From: the human T2T-CHM13v2.0 reference genome, Homo sapiens
DNA length: 64,000 nucleotides
Assembly (NCBI RefSeq): GCF_009914755.1
Contig: NC_060928.1
Direction: 5' to 3' (one strand)
Shown: positions 1-13,121 of the stretch, piece by piece
Position numbering within the stretch: position 1 is the first letter of the stretch
Layout of the letters: every line of letters begins with the position of its first letter
The notes under the pieces: model-generated
The model's database searches: none
What the model was told of the DNA's origin: nothing
What the model saw: the letters and a program-made list of their open reading frames with translations, nothing else
Position numbers and translations under genes: made by a program

Positions 1-1262
1 ATCATCACCATAATTATCACACCATCACCATTATCACTATGACAGCCACCATCATTATCACCACCACAATCATCACCATCATTATCAACCCATCACCATG
101 ACCATCATTACCATCACCATCATCATCATCATTACCATTATCACCACTACCACCACCATCATCACCATCATTATCACCCCATCACCATCATCACCATGAC
201 CGCCACTATCATCATCATCATTATCAACCCATCACCATGACCATCATTACCATCACCATCATCATCATCATTACCATTATCACCACTACCACCACCGTCA
301 TCACTATCATTATCGCTCATCACTATCATCACCTCCACCACCATCACTATCATCATCATTACCATCAGCACCATCATCACCACCACCACCATCCACTATC
401 ATTACCACCATCCACTATTATCACCACTATCATTGTCACCCCACCACCATCATCACCATCACCACCACCACCACCATCATCATCATTACTAACATTATCA
501 CCACCACCACCACCATCACCACCATCATCACCATCACCACCACCATCCACTATCATCACCACCATCCACTGTTATCACCACTATCATTATCACCCCACCA
601 CCATCATCACCATCACCACCACCACCATCATCATTACTAACATTATCACCACCACCACCATCACCACCATCATCACCACCGCCACCATCCACTATCATCA
701 CCACCATCCACTATTATCACCACCATCCACTATCATCACCACCATCTGCTATCATCACCACCATCCACTATTATCACCACTATCATTATCACCCCACCAT
801 CACCACCACCACCATTATCACTAACATCACCACCACCACCACAATCATCATCACCATCACCACCACCACCATCCACTATCATCACTACCATCCACTATCA
901 TCACCACTATCATTGTCACTCCACCACCATCATCACCACCCCATCACCAGCACCACCATCATCACCATCACCATCATCATCATCACTATCATTATCACCC
1001 CATCATCATCATCACCATCTTCATCACCACCATCCTATCACCATCATCATCATCCCTATTATCACCCCATCGCCATCACCACCATTATCATCACCATCAT
1101 CACCATCCTTTTCATAATCACTCCCACCATCATCATTGTCATACTGCCATCACTCACTATCATTAACCATAACCATTAGCAATGACATCATCACCATCAT
1201 CTTCAGTCTTCATTACCACCATCATCACCACCATTGTCATCATCATCACCATCATCATAACT
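1..1262. repeat. Degenerate (ACC/ATC)n trinucleotide low-complexity tract in CRMP1 intron 3, running off the window start
   Basis: Almost entirely ACC/ATC/ATT/ACT triplets; it generates the poly-His/Thr/Ile/Pro and poly-Met/Val/Asp/Gly ORFs in the track. Confidence 0.95.
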
Positions 1263-2289
1263 ATTTATGGAATGCTTACTATTTGTCAGATAATGCCACA
1301 AAAGCTTGACATAAGTTCGTTCATTCAATCCTCACAACTGTCCTGTAAAGTGAAAATTAATATACCCATTTTGCAGATGAAAAACTTGAGGCTCAAAGAG
1401 GGTAAAGCAATTGTCCAAGAGCGTACAACTAGTAAGCAGAAGAAGGAAGGTTATCCAAGACCTGTCAGACAGTCTGAACTCTTACCCACTGCTCCAAGCT
1501 ACCTCCTTTGGCATAGAATGCCAAGATGAAAAGGGCCTCCGAGACCCAACAAGTTCACTTCATCATCCTTTTTTCAAATAAAATCTTAAATGTAAAGTAG
1601 ATGAGAAAGGGGAGCCTGCAGTCAGTCTTTTAAACCTCCCTTGAGGCTTACTGCCCTGTTTCTTTGCACCCCCACCCTTCACAGGCAGATGTCAAAAAGA
1701 GAAGTCTCACCTCTCCTCCTCCCACTCACACCTCCATCCACTTAAAGCATCAGGCTTTGCTAATATGACCCTCACATCTCTAGGTCTAATGGGGAGCATG
1801 CAGTCCTCAGTCTCTTGGCCTCTCAGGGCACAGAGAGTCCCTCCCTCCTTCCTTAAACTCGCTTCTCTCCAGCTTCCATGGCAACGCCACCTTCTGGCTT
1901 TTTCGTTCCTTTGTCCTACTTCTTTGGCTGCCGCTTCTCAATCATCCTGAGGACTCCATCCCCTACTGTTCACTATGCTTACTAATTGGATCCCTTTTCT
2001 TTGTGCCAGCTCATTGAAACACACCACTTGCTCTGAGCTACAGAACTCTGAACCCGGTTGTGTTCTTGGCTTCTCCACCGAGATGACTCAAAAGCTCCCC
2101 CAAATCAGAATGTCCAAAACCTCATGCAATACTCTCCCCACCCCGACCCCAGCTGTGGTGGACATCACCAACCAACGGTTCCACAGCCAGAGGCCCAGGT
2201 CACCCGTGGCACTTCCTTTCCCTCACATGCCCCCGTGTGTGACCCAGCACCGAAGGCTGTTGACTGGCCTCCTCCATATCCCTGGAACT

Positions 2290-2940
2290 GTCCAATTCTG
2301 CCCACTCCATGGCCACGCCACCCTCATCTCTCAGCTGAATTACGCAATCGCCTCCCAACTGGTCCAGACACATCCCATCCAGGCCACTCTATTACCGGTC
2401 TCTCCAAAACACAGAACAGTTCACATCTCTCCCTGCTTAAAATACCTCAACATTGCCCATCACCCATATGAGAAAGAGCCACAGCCTCATCAGGCCATCG
2501 AGGCCCAGGGTTGTCCTCTCCTTCCAGCCTTGCCTCACAGGATGTCATCCCTCAATCTCGACACCCCTGCACCGTGGGCCTCCCTGCAGTCTCTGGAATG
2601 GGAGGTGTGTTCTCACCTCAGGGCCTTTGCACATGCTATTCCCTCCTCCTGGGGCTCTGCTTTTCTCTGCCCTCTTCTCCCGGTTAATTCCAACTCATCC
2701 TTCAGATCCCTGTACGAATGTCACTTCTTCAGAGAACACTTCCCTGAGACCCTGCCCCTCAGTTCAAAGCACTGTGTACCCTTCTTTTGTAGCAGGAGTC
2801 ACAGTTTCTAGTCATACATGTGGACGATTAGTGACTCCCCAAGAGATGGCAGTCCCCTTGACAACGAGCATCATTCCTGCTTTTGTTCACCTGGTACAGT
2901 GCCTGGTGCAGACAACTCTTACTTAACATCTGTTGAATGA
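2290..2940 (+). mobile_element. Old LINE-2 3' fragment
   Basis: L2-typical phrases such as cctcagggcctttgcacatgctattccctcctcctgg and ttgttcacc...cagtgcctgg...tgttgaatga tail; boundaries approximate. Confidence 0.6.
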
Positions 2941-3799
2941 AGATGGGGAAGGGCGGGGACCCTTTCAGAGCCCTGGACTGTTGTCCTCGTGTGCTTTCAT
3001 AGGCTCTTGTTCCATGAAACACACTTTGGAAACTGCCCTTCACAGGTGAGGAGGATAAGGCTTACAGGGCAGGGCTCCCCAGGGTCTCACAGCTGGTAAT
3101 GGAGAAAAGCAGGGGACATCCCAGGAACCCTGGCTCCTCATCCAGTACTCCTTCCCCTGCCCTGTGCAGTCCTCCTGAACCCAGAACTTCCATGCCCATC
3201 TCTCAGAACTCTCACGTCCCATGCACTACATGAAGGAATCTCATGTACGTCTCCAAACCACCCTAGGCACTTCCCACCATAAGGCCCACATTATAGATGA
3301 GGAAGCTGAGGCTCAGAGAGGCTGAGTGCTGGCCACAGTCATGCAGTTGCCTGCTGAGTGCCAGTGCTCAGGTTCAAACCCTGGCCACTGGGATCCAAGT
3401 CCAAGTCTAGATCCTCCCATTTCCCATCCAGCAGATCCACGGGCTGCCCTTTGGAAGAGGGATCAGGACAGTGCTTGCCTCAAAAGTCGAGCCCCACCCT
3501 CCTGGCTCAGGGACTTGGCAAACTCTGCCCATGGCGGTGGGCTTCAGCCCACAGACCACACTTCCAAAGGGACTCCTTTGTGAAGGAGCGGGAGAGATGG
3601 GCAGGGTTGGGGCCAGCTTACAGACAGGCCTCCTGAAACCGAAGAGCCTAACAGTTGAAAGAACATTTACAATCAACTGTGGCCTATTTAATTAAAATTG
3701 CTTATTAAAATGAATCCAAGCAAAAGCGGCTCTTCAAAATCAACACAAGAAACAGCCATCGGGCTGCACAGGGCAATGGAGGAGGAGTCCAGTTTCCCA

Positions 3800-4230
3800 G
3801 ACCGAGCACTGCTGGGGAGTGGTCTCACTGCCCGCAGTGTTTCCTTCCCTCCCCAACCTCACCAGGGCTCTCTGTGGCACAGTGTGCTCCTGTCAACTTT
3901 GGGCTCGGCCACATGACTGACCTTGGCCAATGGAATGTGGGTGGAAGTTGCAGCATGGAAGTGAGGAGATGAGGCAGTGAGAAGAAAGGCAAGTTTCGGC
4001 CAGAACCCCCTGCATTCTGCCATCCACCAGGAGAACAGAGTGGCTGGGGAGTCACTGGGTCCAGAATGGGAGACCCATGGTGCCTGAATCCAACCCAAAG
4101 CTAAGCACAGCCACTCCAGCCCCACTCCCACTCCTGCACACCCTCAAATGAGAAAAACAAGTGTTGCTTAAGATTTGGGGGCTGTTTGTTACGCGGTGTT
4201 ATCACAGTATTACTGCAGCAATACTAATAC
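3800..4230 (+). mobile_element. Old MaLR (MLT1-type) LTR
   Basis: MLT1-like 3' end ttgggggctgtttgttac...ctaataca; subfamily not assigned. Confidence 0.5.
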
Positions 4231-4755
4231 AACCACTTCCCAGCTGTGTCTCCTTGGGCAAGTTGCTTCACCTCTCTGAGCCTCTATTCTCCCATCTGTC
4301 ACAATAATACCTATGTCACTGGTTCTGAAACCATAGCCATCTTCACATCATGTTGAAGGATTTTTTTTTTTTTGCTTTATCTCCCTATAATCCATGTCTT
4401 CTTTACTTAATACTTTTCTTTAAACAAATTTTGTTTCTAAAAATCTAAATGTGACTTCAGTCTCATGCTAAGCGATTATATCAATGAGATGTTGTTTTAT
4501 TTCAATATTTTAAAAATAATTTTTTAAAATTGGTACCTATAAAACCGTATTGTTTATTAAGCCATCTTCTGTGGCCCCAGTGGCACACACGGTATGCTCT
4601 GTAAAACAGTGACCTGTGTCATAGGGCTGGGGGGAGAATGAAATCCAATGGCACCCTGGGCAGAGAGCCTCGAACACACTGAGCACTTGTGATGCTGGTG
4701 ATGGGGAGGAGACCTCACAGTCTATGTCCCTAAGGCAGGGGACAGTGTCACTCAC

Positions 4756-4940
4756 TGATCATCGTGGTCCCGCCCACCAGTGCCGCCCTGGTCCCTTGGA
4801 AGAAGTCATCAGCCGCAGTCATCCCCTGGGAGGGCTTCTGCAGGTACGTGTTGACATCAATACCTCCGGGAATAACCATCCGCCCGTTGGCTTCAATGGT
4901 CTTCACTCCACCAGGAACGATTAAGTTCTCTCCTATTTGT
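4756..4940 (-). CDS. CRMP1: CRMP1 exon 3 (185 bp): (K)[61 protein letters not shown]
   Basis: Recognised CRMP1 peptide; acceptor ttgcctccag|A at 4941/4940 and donor ATCA|gtgagt at 4756/4755; phase 2 start matches the end of exon 2. Confidence 0.97.
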
Positions 4941-5940
4941 CTGGAGGCAAACAACAGAGACAGCCTTGGTTCTTAAAGGAAAAGTAGAATGGGCAGTCAA
5001 CCCGCAGCTTCAGTTCCATGAAATAAACATTTCTAAGCCAGGCCCTTCACAAGGCCCTGGGGAGACAGAGATAACTCAGGCAGGGCACATGCCCTCAAGG
5101 GGCTCATAGTCTAATAGGACGTAAGACAGGTGGGCAGACTGTTAGAGCCCAGTATAGCAGAGATGATCGGGGGCACGAGGAGGGGCCCTTTCATCCAGTC
5201 TCATTATCTAAGAAGGCTTCCAGGTGGAGGGGGTGGCAGAGCTGAATCCAACAGAAGTGAGCCCAGCATGATGCATGTGCTGACCGTCATGTCTATTCTG
5301 ATGTAACAGGTGCCTGAAAACTTCCTCCAGGAGGTTAAATTCCAAATGGGGAAGGAGGGAAAAGAGCCTACGAAATGAGAAACGAAGCCCCCGGGGATCT
5401 CCATGGGTGACTTATTGATGACGGTGGCTTCTGGTTTTTATTTGCTGGCACCAGAGTCAGGAGGTCCCTCAAGGCGCTGGGGGAAGAGGCTCAGCCAGAA
5501 CCAGGAAAGGAACCCTGCAGCATCCAAGGTTAAGGTCTGGCTCAGACCATGAGATCTGACTGTGGGTGATTTTTATTCTAAAAAAAATCCAATTGTTGTG
5601 AACGCTTGAGATTGGGCAGCATATTAATTTTCTAAGTCACAAAAAACCCTAGTAATAAAGACACAGGAAGATGCTGCTTCAGTGACCAAAAGTGCAGCTC
5701 TAGACAGAATCCACAGCCAGGCAGCCAAGACAGCAGCCTCTGCCCTCCTGGGCTCCTGTGAGAAGCTGGGCCAGCAAGCAGGTCCCAGCTGGGGCTCCCC
5801 CAAAGAAGTGGGTGCCACACACTGTCCTCTTAACCCAGGAAATAAGCCTAGGACCGCATAGTGCCAGGGACAAGGTGGACACCCAGAAAATGTTACCACA
5901 CATGTCCACCTCCACCAGGATCACCACCACCGCTGCTTTT

Positions 5941-6137
5941 AATAACCAATCCCTTATCCCCAGAATCTCCACTGCCGCTGCTTATACTAACCGATCCCTT
6001 ACCCCCAGAATGTCCACTGCCATTGCTTATAATAACCAATCCCTTACCCCCAGAATGTCCACCGCCGCTGCTTATAACCAATCCCTTACCCCCAGAATGT
6101 CCACCACCACTACTAATAATAACACCAGAATGTCCAA
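5941..6137. repeat. 45-bp minisatellite, about 4 copies plus a partial copy
   Basis: Units 5941-5985, 5986-6030, 6031-6075 and 6076-6117 (42 bp) of aataaccaatcccttacccccagaatgtccacygccgctgcttat. Confidence 0.92.
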
Positions 6138-6551
6138 CTTGACTTAGGGAAATCCTTTCTTCCCCAGTCCTTCTGCCATCCTCTCCAAACGTGTGGGCTT
6201 GCCAAGAGCTGAAGGGAAAGGGGTTGGGAAGACACTCGACCCTTAACTTAAAAGGAACAGCAACTGGAGAACAGCGTCTTCTAAGCGCATCATGGCTTCT
6301 CTCATTGAAGGCTCACAACCAGCTCTAACAGAGGACAGGGTCGCACCCCAAATGCCATCTCAGGCAAAGGCCTGGGCACGGTCCAGGCAGAAGGGCCGCT
6401 GGCTGTAGACATGCACGTGGTGTGTCTACACATGCGCACGGACCTACACGTGAGTGTCAGCGGAATCACAGCTCAGTCTGATTCAAGCCTGTGACCGAGT
6501 CACCATTCAGTGGGGGCCAACAAGTACTCTAATGAGAGGTTCTTTTAATTA

Positions 6552-6829
6552 TTTTGGAGATAGGGTCTCTGTCAGCCAGGCTGGAGTACAGTGGTACAGG
6601 TCATGGCTCACTGCAGCCTCAACTTGCTGGGCTCAAGCGATCCTCCCGCCTCAGCCTCTCAAGTAGCTGGAACTACACAGGCTTGCACCACCATGCCCAG
6701 GTAATTTTGTTTTTAAATTTTTTGTAGAGATGGGATCTCCCTATGTTGCCCAGGCTAATCTTGAACTCCTGAGCTCAAGGAGTCCTCCTGCCTTGGCTTC
6801 CCAAAGTGTGTGAACAAACATGCCTGACC
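6552..6829 (-). mobile_element. Alu (AluJ-like)
   Basis: Antisense Alu with J-type features (gctcaagcgatcctcc, ttttgtagagatggg). Confidence 0.85.
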
Positions 6830-9072
6830 TTTTTTCTTTTTTTCCTTTTTTTTTTTTTTTTTTTAAGAAACAGGACATTTCCTGAACAGCCTGGTTGGCC
6901 AGAGTCCTAAGATGCTTGATGTTCAACAGTGAATGCCATCTCTGCAGCCAGAGGCTCTTTCTTACCAGGCACAATCATAGCCTCTTAACAAACTCTCTCT
7001 GGTCTCCCATCAGCAACCCTGCAAGGTAGGAGGTATTCTCATTTTGCAAAAGAGGACAACACAACTCAGAGAGGTGTAGTGACTCCTCCAAGGTCACACA
7101 GCAAGTCAGTGATGGGCCCAGATTCAAGCCCAGGTCTCCCCAAGCCTAATATCAGAGCTCTGACCAGCAGGCTTTACTGCCGCCCTGCTTCCCTTATATA
7201 GGAGCCAGACTGTCCCTGAACAGGGATTGCACTAAACGGGACCCCCAGTGAATCAGAGGGACTCAGTGAATGGCGCTCAATAGCAATGTGCTGGAAAGGG
7301 AAGGAGGAGAGAGGAAGCTCAGCTCAGTGAATGAGACAGACGCCCCTCCCCCAACACCATCACCTCACGGTGCAGAAGAAACTCTCAACCACCGGCACTA
7401 GATTCACCAAGGCTGAGTGAGTTAAATGGAAACCTCGATGAATCATAATTCAATGAATCACACAACAGCTGAACGGCTCTTAAGAAAACTTGGCAAATGG
7501 CCACAGAATTAAAGGATTCTTGGGGTTTCATTCAAGTGAAGGAAAGTAATTGTGCCTCTGTACCCGAGGTGGTCCCCGGCTCTTCCACACCTACCCTTCT
7601 CAGCCTGCAGGATGCACGTTCAGAATAAACACCCAAGGGCCCTGTGAGGCCTCAGTCACCGTCACTCACTCAGCTTCACAAGTCCGGAGTAGGACTGCCA
7701 ACACGCAGAGAGCTTCTCAGCAACGGGTTCAAGTAAAAGGGGATTACAACCAAGAGGGGCTGACAGATAATGAATTTAGGGAAACTGCATTTTTCCTCAA
7801 CAGCCTGGTTAGCCGGAGTCCTAGGACTCTTGATGTTGATACATAACAGCAGGCACTTAATGAATGCAGCTCAACCCATGGCCACTTGCTCCTTCTGTAT
7901 ACTCCGGGATTGCGGAGCTCTATAAGGGGGCCTGGCCCAGGAAGGACGGGGGTGGGTGTGGTCAGATCAAACTTCTAGCAGCAGGTGGTGTGTGGGATGG
8001 GGGAGCCCACGAGATCATTCTCAGGGTCATTTTACCTTTCAGGCTTCAGAAGCCCAGAGCCCCCACACAAAGGGGTGTTCCCTCAGAGTTGCTTTCTCTC
8101 TATCTAAGCCATGGTTGAGTTAGAAAACCTCATTTTTTGACACATCCTGACACCCTTCCCCACCCCCAATCTGCCTTCCTGACCATTCGGGATCCAGGTG
8201 CCCTGAGGCTGACAGGAGCATCCTCACCACCTGATGGCCAGCATTCATTTGTTTGCGCTTTCCCTGAATCGGTGCTCCAGGACCTACAGGTGCTGGGCCC
8301 CAGGGCGGGGGGCCACGAGGCAAGGCCCTGGTCAAGGAGCGATGCAGTGTGACAGTGGCTGCAACAGACAGCAGCTCACGTGCTGTGGGGACAGAGGGAT
8401 GCACCCCACACCGTCTTGGGGTCAAGGAAGGCTTCCTGGAGGAGGAGTCGCATGAGCAGGGCCCACAAGGACAAATAAGAGATGAGGGGAAGGCAGAGGG
8501 ACAGGGGAAAAGGTGTTCCAGGCAGGGGACTGATGGGTGCAAGGCTCTGAGGTGACAGCAGCCTGGCAAGTCCCGTGAGTCCCAAGTTTTCATTATGGCT
8601 GGAAGAGCAAGCAAGGAATGAAGCCAGAGGAGGGGAGGCCCGGGCTGGATTTGAAATGGTCAAAGTCTGGGACTAGAATTGGGGGGTGGGCTGGGGGGAG
8701 GCAGGGAGGGCTCAACTGTTCTGGGTATCCCTCTTCACTGGGTGATTTGCATATGTGGTCCCTTTCAATGCCCCCAATACTCCACAGCCCCTTTCCCCCA
8801 GCCTCCTCCTCCTCCTCCATCATCGTCTCCAAAGCCCACACGGGCCCCAGGATGATCCTGTTAACAGTATCAATCCCTTTCTGCCTTCCCCTTGCTCCAA
8901 TTCCCCTCTGCCTTTCCTTCTTGTGCCAGCCACTCATGCTGGATCCTTAAACAGTGTCCTTCTCTTCTCTTCCAGATTTCAAGGGAAGAGGCTGAGCACC
9001 CAGCAAATCCAGGTTACAACTCACAGAAAGAGAACTGCCCTGATCCTCACCCGCCAGTAAAATGTTAAGGCC

Positions 9073-9382
<310 letters not shown>

Positions 9383-9401
9383 CTACAGACCCCTGCCTGG
9401 C

Positions 9402-9829
9402 GTTATGGACTGAATTGTATCTCCCAAAATTCATGTTGAAGCCCCAGCCCACCCCATGGGACTACCTTTAGCGACAGGGCCTTTAAGGAGGTGATTAAGG
9501 TTGTTAAGGTTGAATGAGGCCACAGGAGTGGGGCTGGAATCCAACAAAACTGGTGACCTTAGAAGAAGAGACCCCAGGAGTGTGCACACACACACACAGA
9601 AAGGGCCCTGTGAGGACAGCCAGAAGGTGGTGTCTGCAAGCCAGAAGGTGGTGTCTGCAAGCCAAGGAAGAACCTCAGGAAGAAGTTCAGGAAGGCCTCA
9701 GGAAGAACCAACCCTGACGGCAGCTTGATCCGGGACTTCCAGCCTCCAGAACTATGAGAAATAAACTTCTGCTGTTTAAGCCACCCAGCCTGTGGCATTC
9801 CATTCCGGCAGCCAGCGCTGGCTAAGACA
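9402..9829 (+). mobile_element. MaLR LTR (MLT1B-like)
   Basis: Start gttatggactgaattgtatctcccaaaattc; end ccagcctccagaactatgagaaataaacttctgctgtttaagccacccag...ctaagaca. Confidence 0.8.
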
Positions 9830-10400
9830 CCTGGGTTGTCATAAGCAGGGCTGAAGAGGGAGCCAATGAGAAGAAAGGGAAGGAAACTCCAGCCCCAATG
9901 TCTATCTTTTCTTTAAGTGCCAAGGCTGGGCTTGGAAGCCACACATTCCTCCTTCCTCCCTGCTCTCCTCAACCCAATTCCAGAAACTGTGGGTAGGTGG
10001 AAGAAAGAGCTGTGAATTCAGTTGTCTTAGGGTGGAATCCGGGCCTTGACCCTAACTCACCCCGTCATATGGGGCCAGGTACCCAGACTCATTGGCCTGC
10101 CGCCTCCAAAACCACAAAACAGGAAACGTGTCTGCATTTTGCAGCCTTTGTGTGAGCATTGCAAGAGAGGAGCTGCCTCAGCCGTGTGGCAGGGAGCCTA
10201 GCCCGGGGGGGCACCCAAGAAATGCCAGCCCCTTCTCCACCCGCAGTGTGCACCTCCCCCAACCTCTGTGAGGTCTCTACCCCTGAAACACAGGTACACA
10301 GCCCCGTCATTCTAGGACAGAATGCCAGCCTTCTGTTCCATCTAAGGCCAGGCAGCCTGGCGACACAGGTTTCTTAAAAGGTCCGTTTTGATCAACCCAC

Positions 10401-10489
10401 TTGATAAGTCCATCCTCCAGGTAGACGTCAGCATAAAGGGATTGGTCATCGTTGATGATCCGTCCACCTTTGATGAGGAGTCGGTCACT
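10401..10489 (-). CDS. CRMP1: CRMP1 exon 2 (89 bp): [29 protein letters not shown](K)
   Basis: Recognised CRMP N-terminal peptide; acceptor ttgctttgcag|AGT at 10490/10489 and donor ATCAA|gtgggt at 10401/10400. Confidence 0.97.
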
Positions 10490-10781
10490 CTGCAAAGCAA
10501 GGCAAAGTATTAAGGATCCTTGGTGAAAAGCCAGGATAAAGTTTTTTCTTTTTAATTTTTAATATAAGAATTATCAAATATTTTCAAAAGTAAAGGCATT
10601 TAACTTCCCCCGCCCCAGATCCATCACCAGCTTCAATACTTCTCTATCCAATACTTCCTATTCTCCTTTCACCTTTCTCCCCTCTCACTTTGTTTTGTTT
10701 TTGCTGAGGTGTTTTAAAACAAAGCACAAGCACTGTATCTTTCCACCTATAAATACTTCACTAGATCTCTCTCACTGTTAA

Positions 10782-10852
10782 CCCATTTCCCGTTTGCCCC
10801 GAGAAATGAGTATGGGCAGCAAGCTGCACTTTTTTTTCTAAACAGGAAAGGG
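10782..10852 (+). mobile_element. piggyBac-family MITE (MER75A-like)
   Basis: TTAA (10778-10781), then cccatttcccgtttgccccgaga...gcagcaagctgcacttttttttctaaacaggaaaggg, then GTAA; terminal inverted repeats match MER75 ends as recalled. Confidence 0.8.
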
Positions 10853-11953
10853 GTAAGGACTTTTTAAAGAAACAAAACCAGAATCCATTATCCCAACGAA
10901 CTCAATTAACTTAATACCTTGCTTATCAGTCAATAATCAGGCCCTCTTCAATGTGCCTTGATGGTCTCATAGACGTCTTTTTGTAGTTGAAAGGTTTGAA
11001 CCAACAGCCATACCAGGCCCCACAGCACACCTGCCTCATCATCTCGGCAGCCTCTGTCAGCATCTGCACTGGCCCCTCCTCCCTTTTCAATGTCATTCGT
11101 TTGTTGAAGAAATTGGGTCATTTGTAGAACAGGGAGTTATCAAGGTATTATTAAATATGATAATGATCAACTTAGAGACATTTAAAAAGATAGTGAAGAG
11201 ACTAAAAAAAGAAAACCCCATTTTTCCAGTACAACTCCCAGTTGACATTCTGATGTCTCCCCACTCTTTTTCCTGTTTTCTTCCCCCACAGTGCACACAT
11301 CCACTCACTCATCCAAGCACCGATCAGCTACCGACTGATGCTCTCAGCTCCAGAGGGGACCAGGCACAGAGCTGGAATCTGCTTTCAGGGGGTTGACAGA
11401 TGGAGAGACAGATGTTTATCAAGTCATGGGGTATGTGGGGTTGAGGAGGAGGAGAAAAGTGGGGACCTGCCATGGAAGCCAACCAAAGGGGCTGCCAACC
11501 TTATCTGGGGCATTGGGCAGAGAAAGCGCAGACCCAGAAAATAAGTCTAAAAAAGAGTCTATTTATACTTCCTATATCTACACTCTGTATGACTATAGAT
11601 AGATAAATGGATGTGTCATTAGAGGAAGGTGGATAGATAAACACACACACACACACACACAGGATTGTATGAGTATGTCTACGTAAACATTCATGTATTC
11701 AGATGATGTTCTCCAAGGGATGTTTTCAATCCCTCAGCCTATCCTAAGGGCACAGACTAGGCTTTCAACCCTCTTCTATTTGTCAATACCATTCCAGAAT
11801 GGAACTCAGCCACAAACATGTTTATGCATAAACATAAACAAAGCTTCACCATATGGAGTGTTCCGGGCAGAGGAAATGATATGCAAGTCAGAAACCAGAA
11901 CATTATGGGAACCAAAAAGAACACAGTTCTGTCCTTTCTGCATTTTACCATAA

Positions 11954-12321
<368 letters not shown>

Positions 12322-12670
12322 TCACTTCATGACTATACTTTTAAAATAATCACAAAATACTCCATCTTAGGGATACATAATAAATTGTTTAATATTTCCC
12401 CCATTGTTGGTTACTGAAGTGATTTTCTGTTTTGTACAGTGATACGTATTTTGCTGCAATGAACTTTTTTGTGCACAAAACTCCTTCCTTGGTTTGAATG
12501 ATTTGTTAGGCAAAGTTCTCAGAAGCTTAACAACTGGGTCAAACAACATAAACCTTATTTACAGCCCTTGATAAAGATGACCAAACTGCTTTCCAAAAGG
12601 AATGCCCCATTCTTTGCACGAAAACACTAAGCACTCTTGTTTATTATTAATGTTTGTTAATTTGTGTTCC

Positions 12671-12972
12671 TTTTCTTTTTTCTTTTTTTCAAGACAGAGT
12701 CTTACTCTATCACCCAGGCTGGAGTGAAGTGGCATGATCATAGCTCACTGCATCCTCAAATTCCTGAGCTTAAGTGATCCTCCAGCCTCAGACTCCCGAA
12801 TATTTGAGACTATAGGCAATGTGCCACCACACCTGGCTAATTTAAATTTTTTTTGTAGAGATGGGGTCTCAGTGTGTTGCCCAGACTGGTCTTGAGCCCC
12901 TGGCCTCAAGCAATCCTCCCTCCTCGGTTTCCCAAAGCACCGGGATTACAGGTGTGAGCCACCGTGCCTTGG
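12671..12972 (-). mobile_element. Alu (AluJ-like)
   Basis: Diverged antisense Alu. Confidence 0.88.
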
Positions 12973-13121
12973 CAATTTTCCACTTCTTGAAGGCTTGTAA
13001 TTTTTTTCCATGTGCTTATTTTACCATTTGTATTCTCTCCAGGCTGGAGATGTGGTGACGAAGAAGACACAGTGTCTGCCCTGAAGCCCATCCCTTGGGT
13101 GGGGGAGAAAGAAGTAAACTG

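Noticed and set aside
174-1529. Poly-His/Thr/Ile/Pro ORFs
   Set aside because: Translation artefacts of the (ACC/ATC)n tract, antisense and intronic
1975-2811. 278-aa + strand ORF
   Set aside because: Lies largely in decayed L2-like sequence; no recognisable domain
5941-6137. CRISPR-like repeat array
   Set aside because: Units are contiguous with no unique spacers, there are no cas genes and the context is eukaryotic; it is a minisatellite
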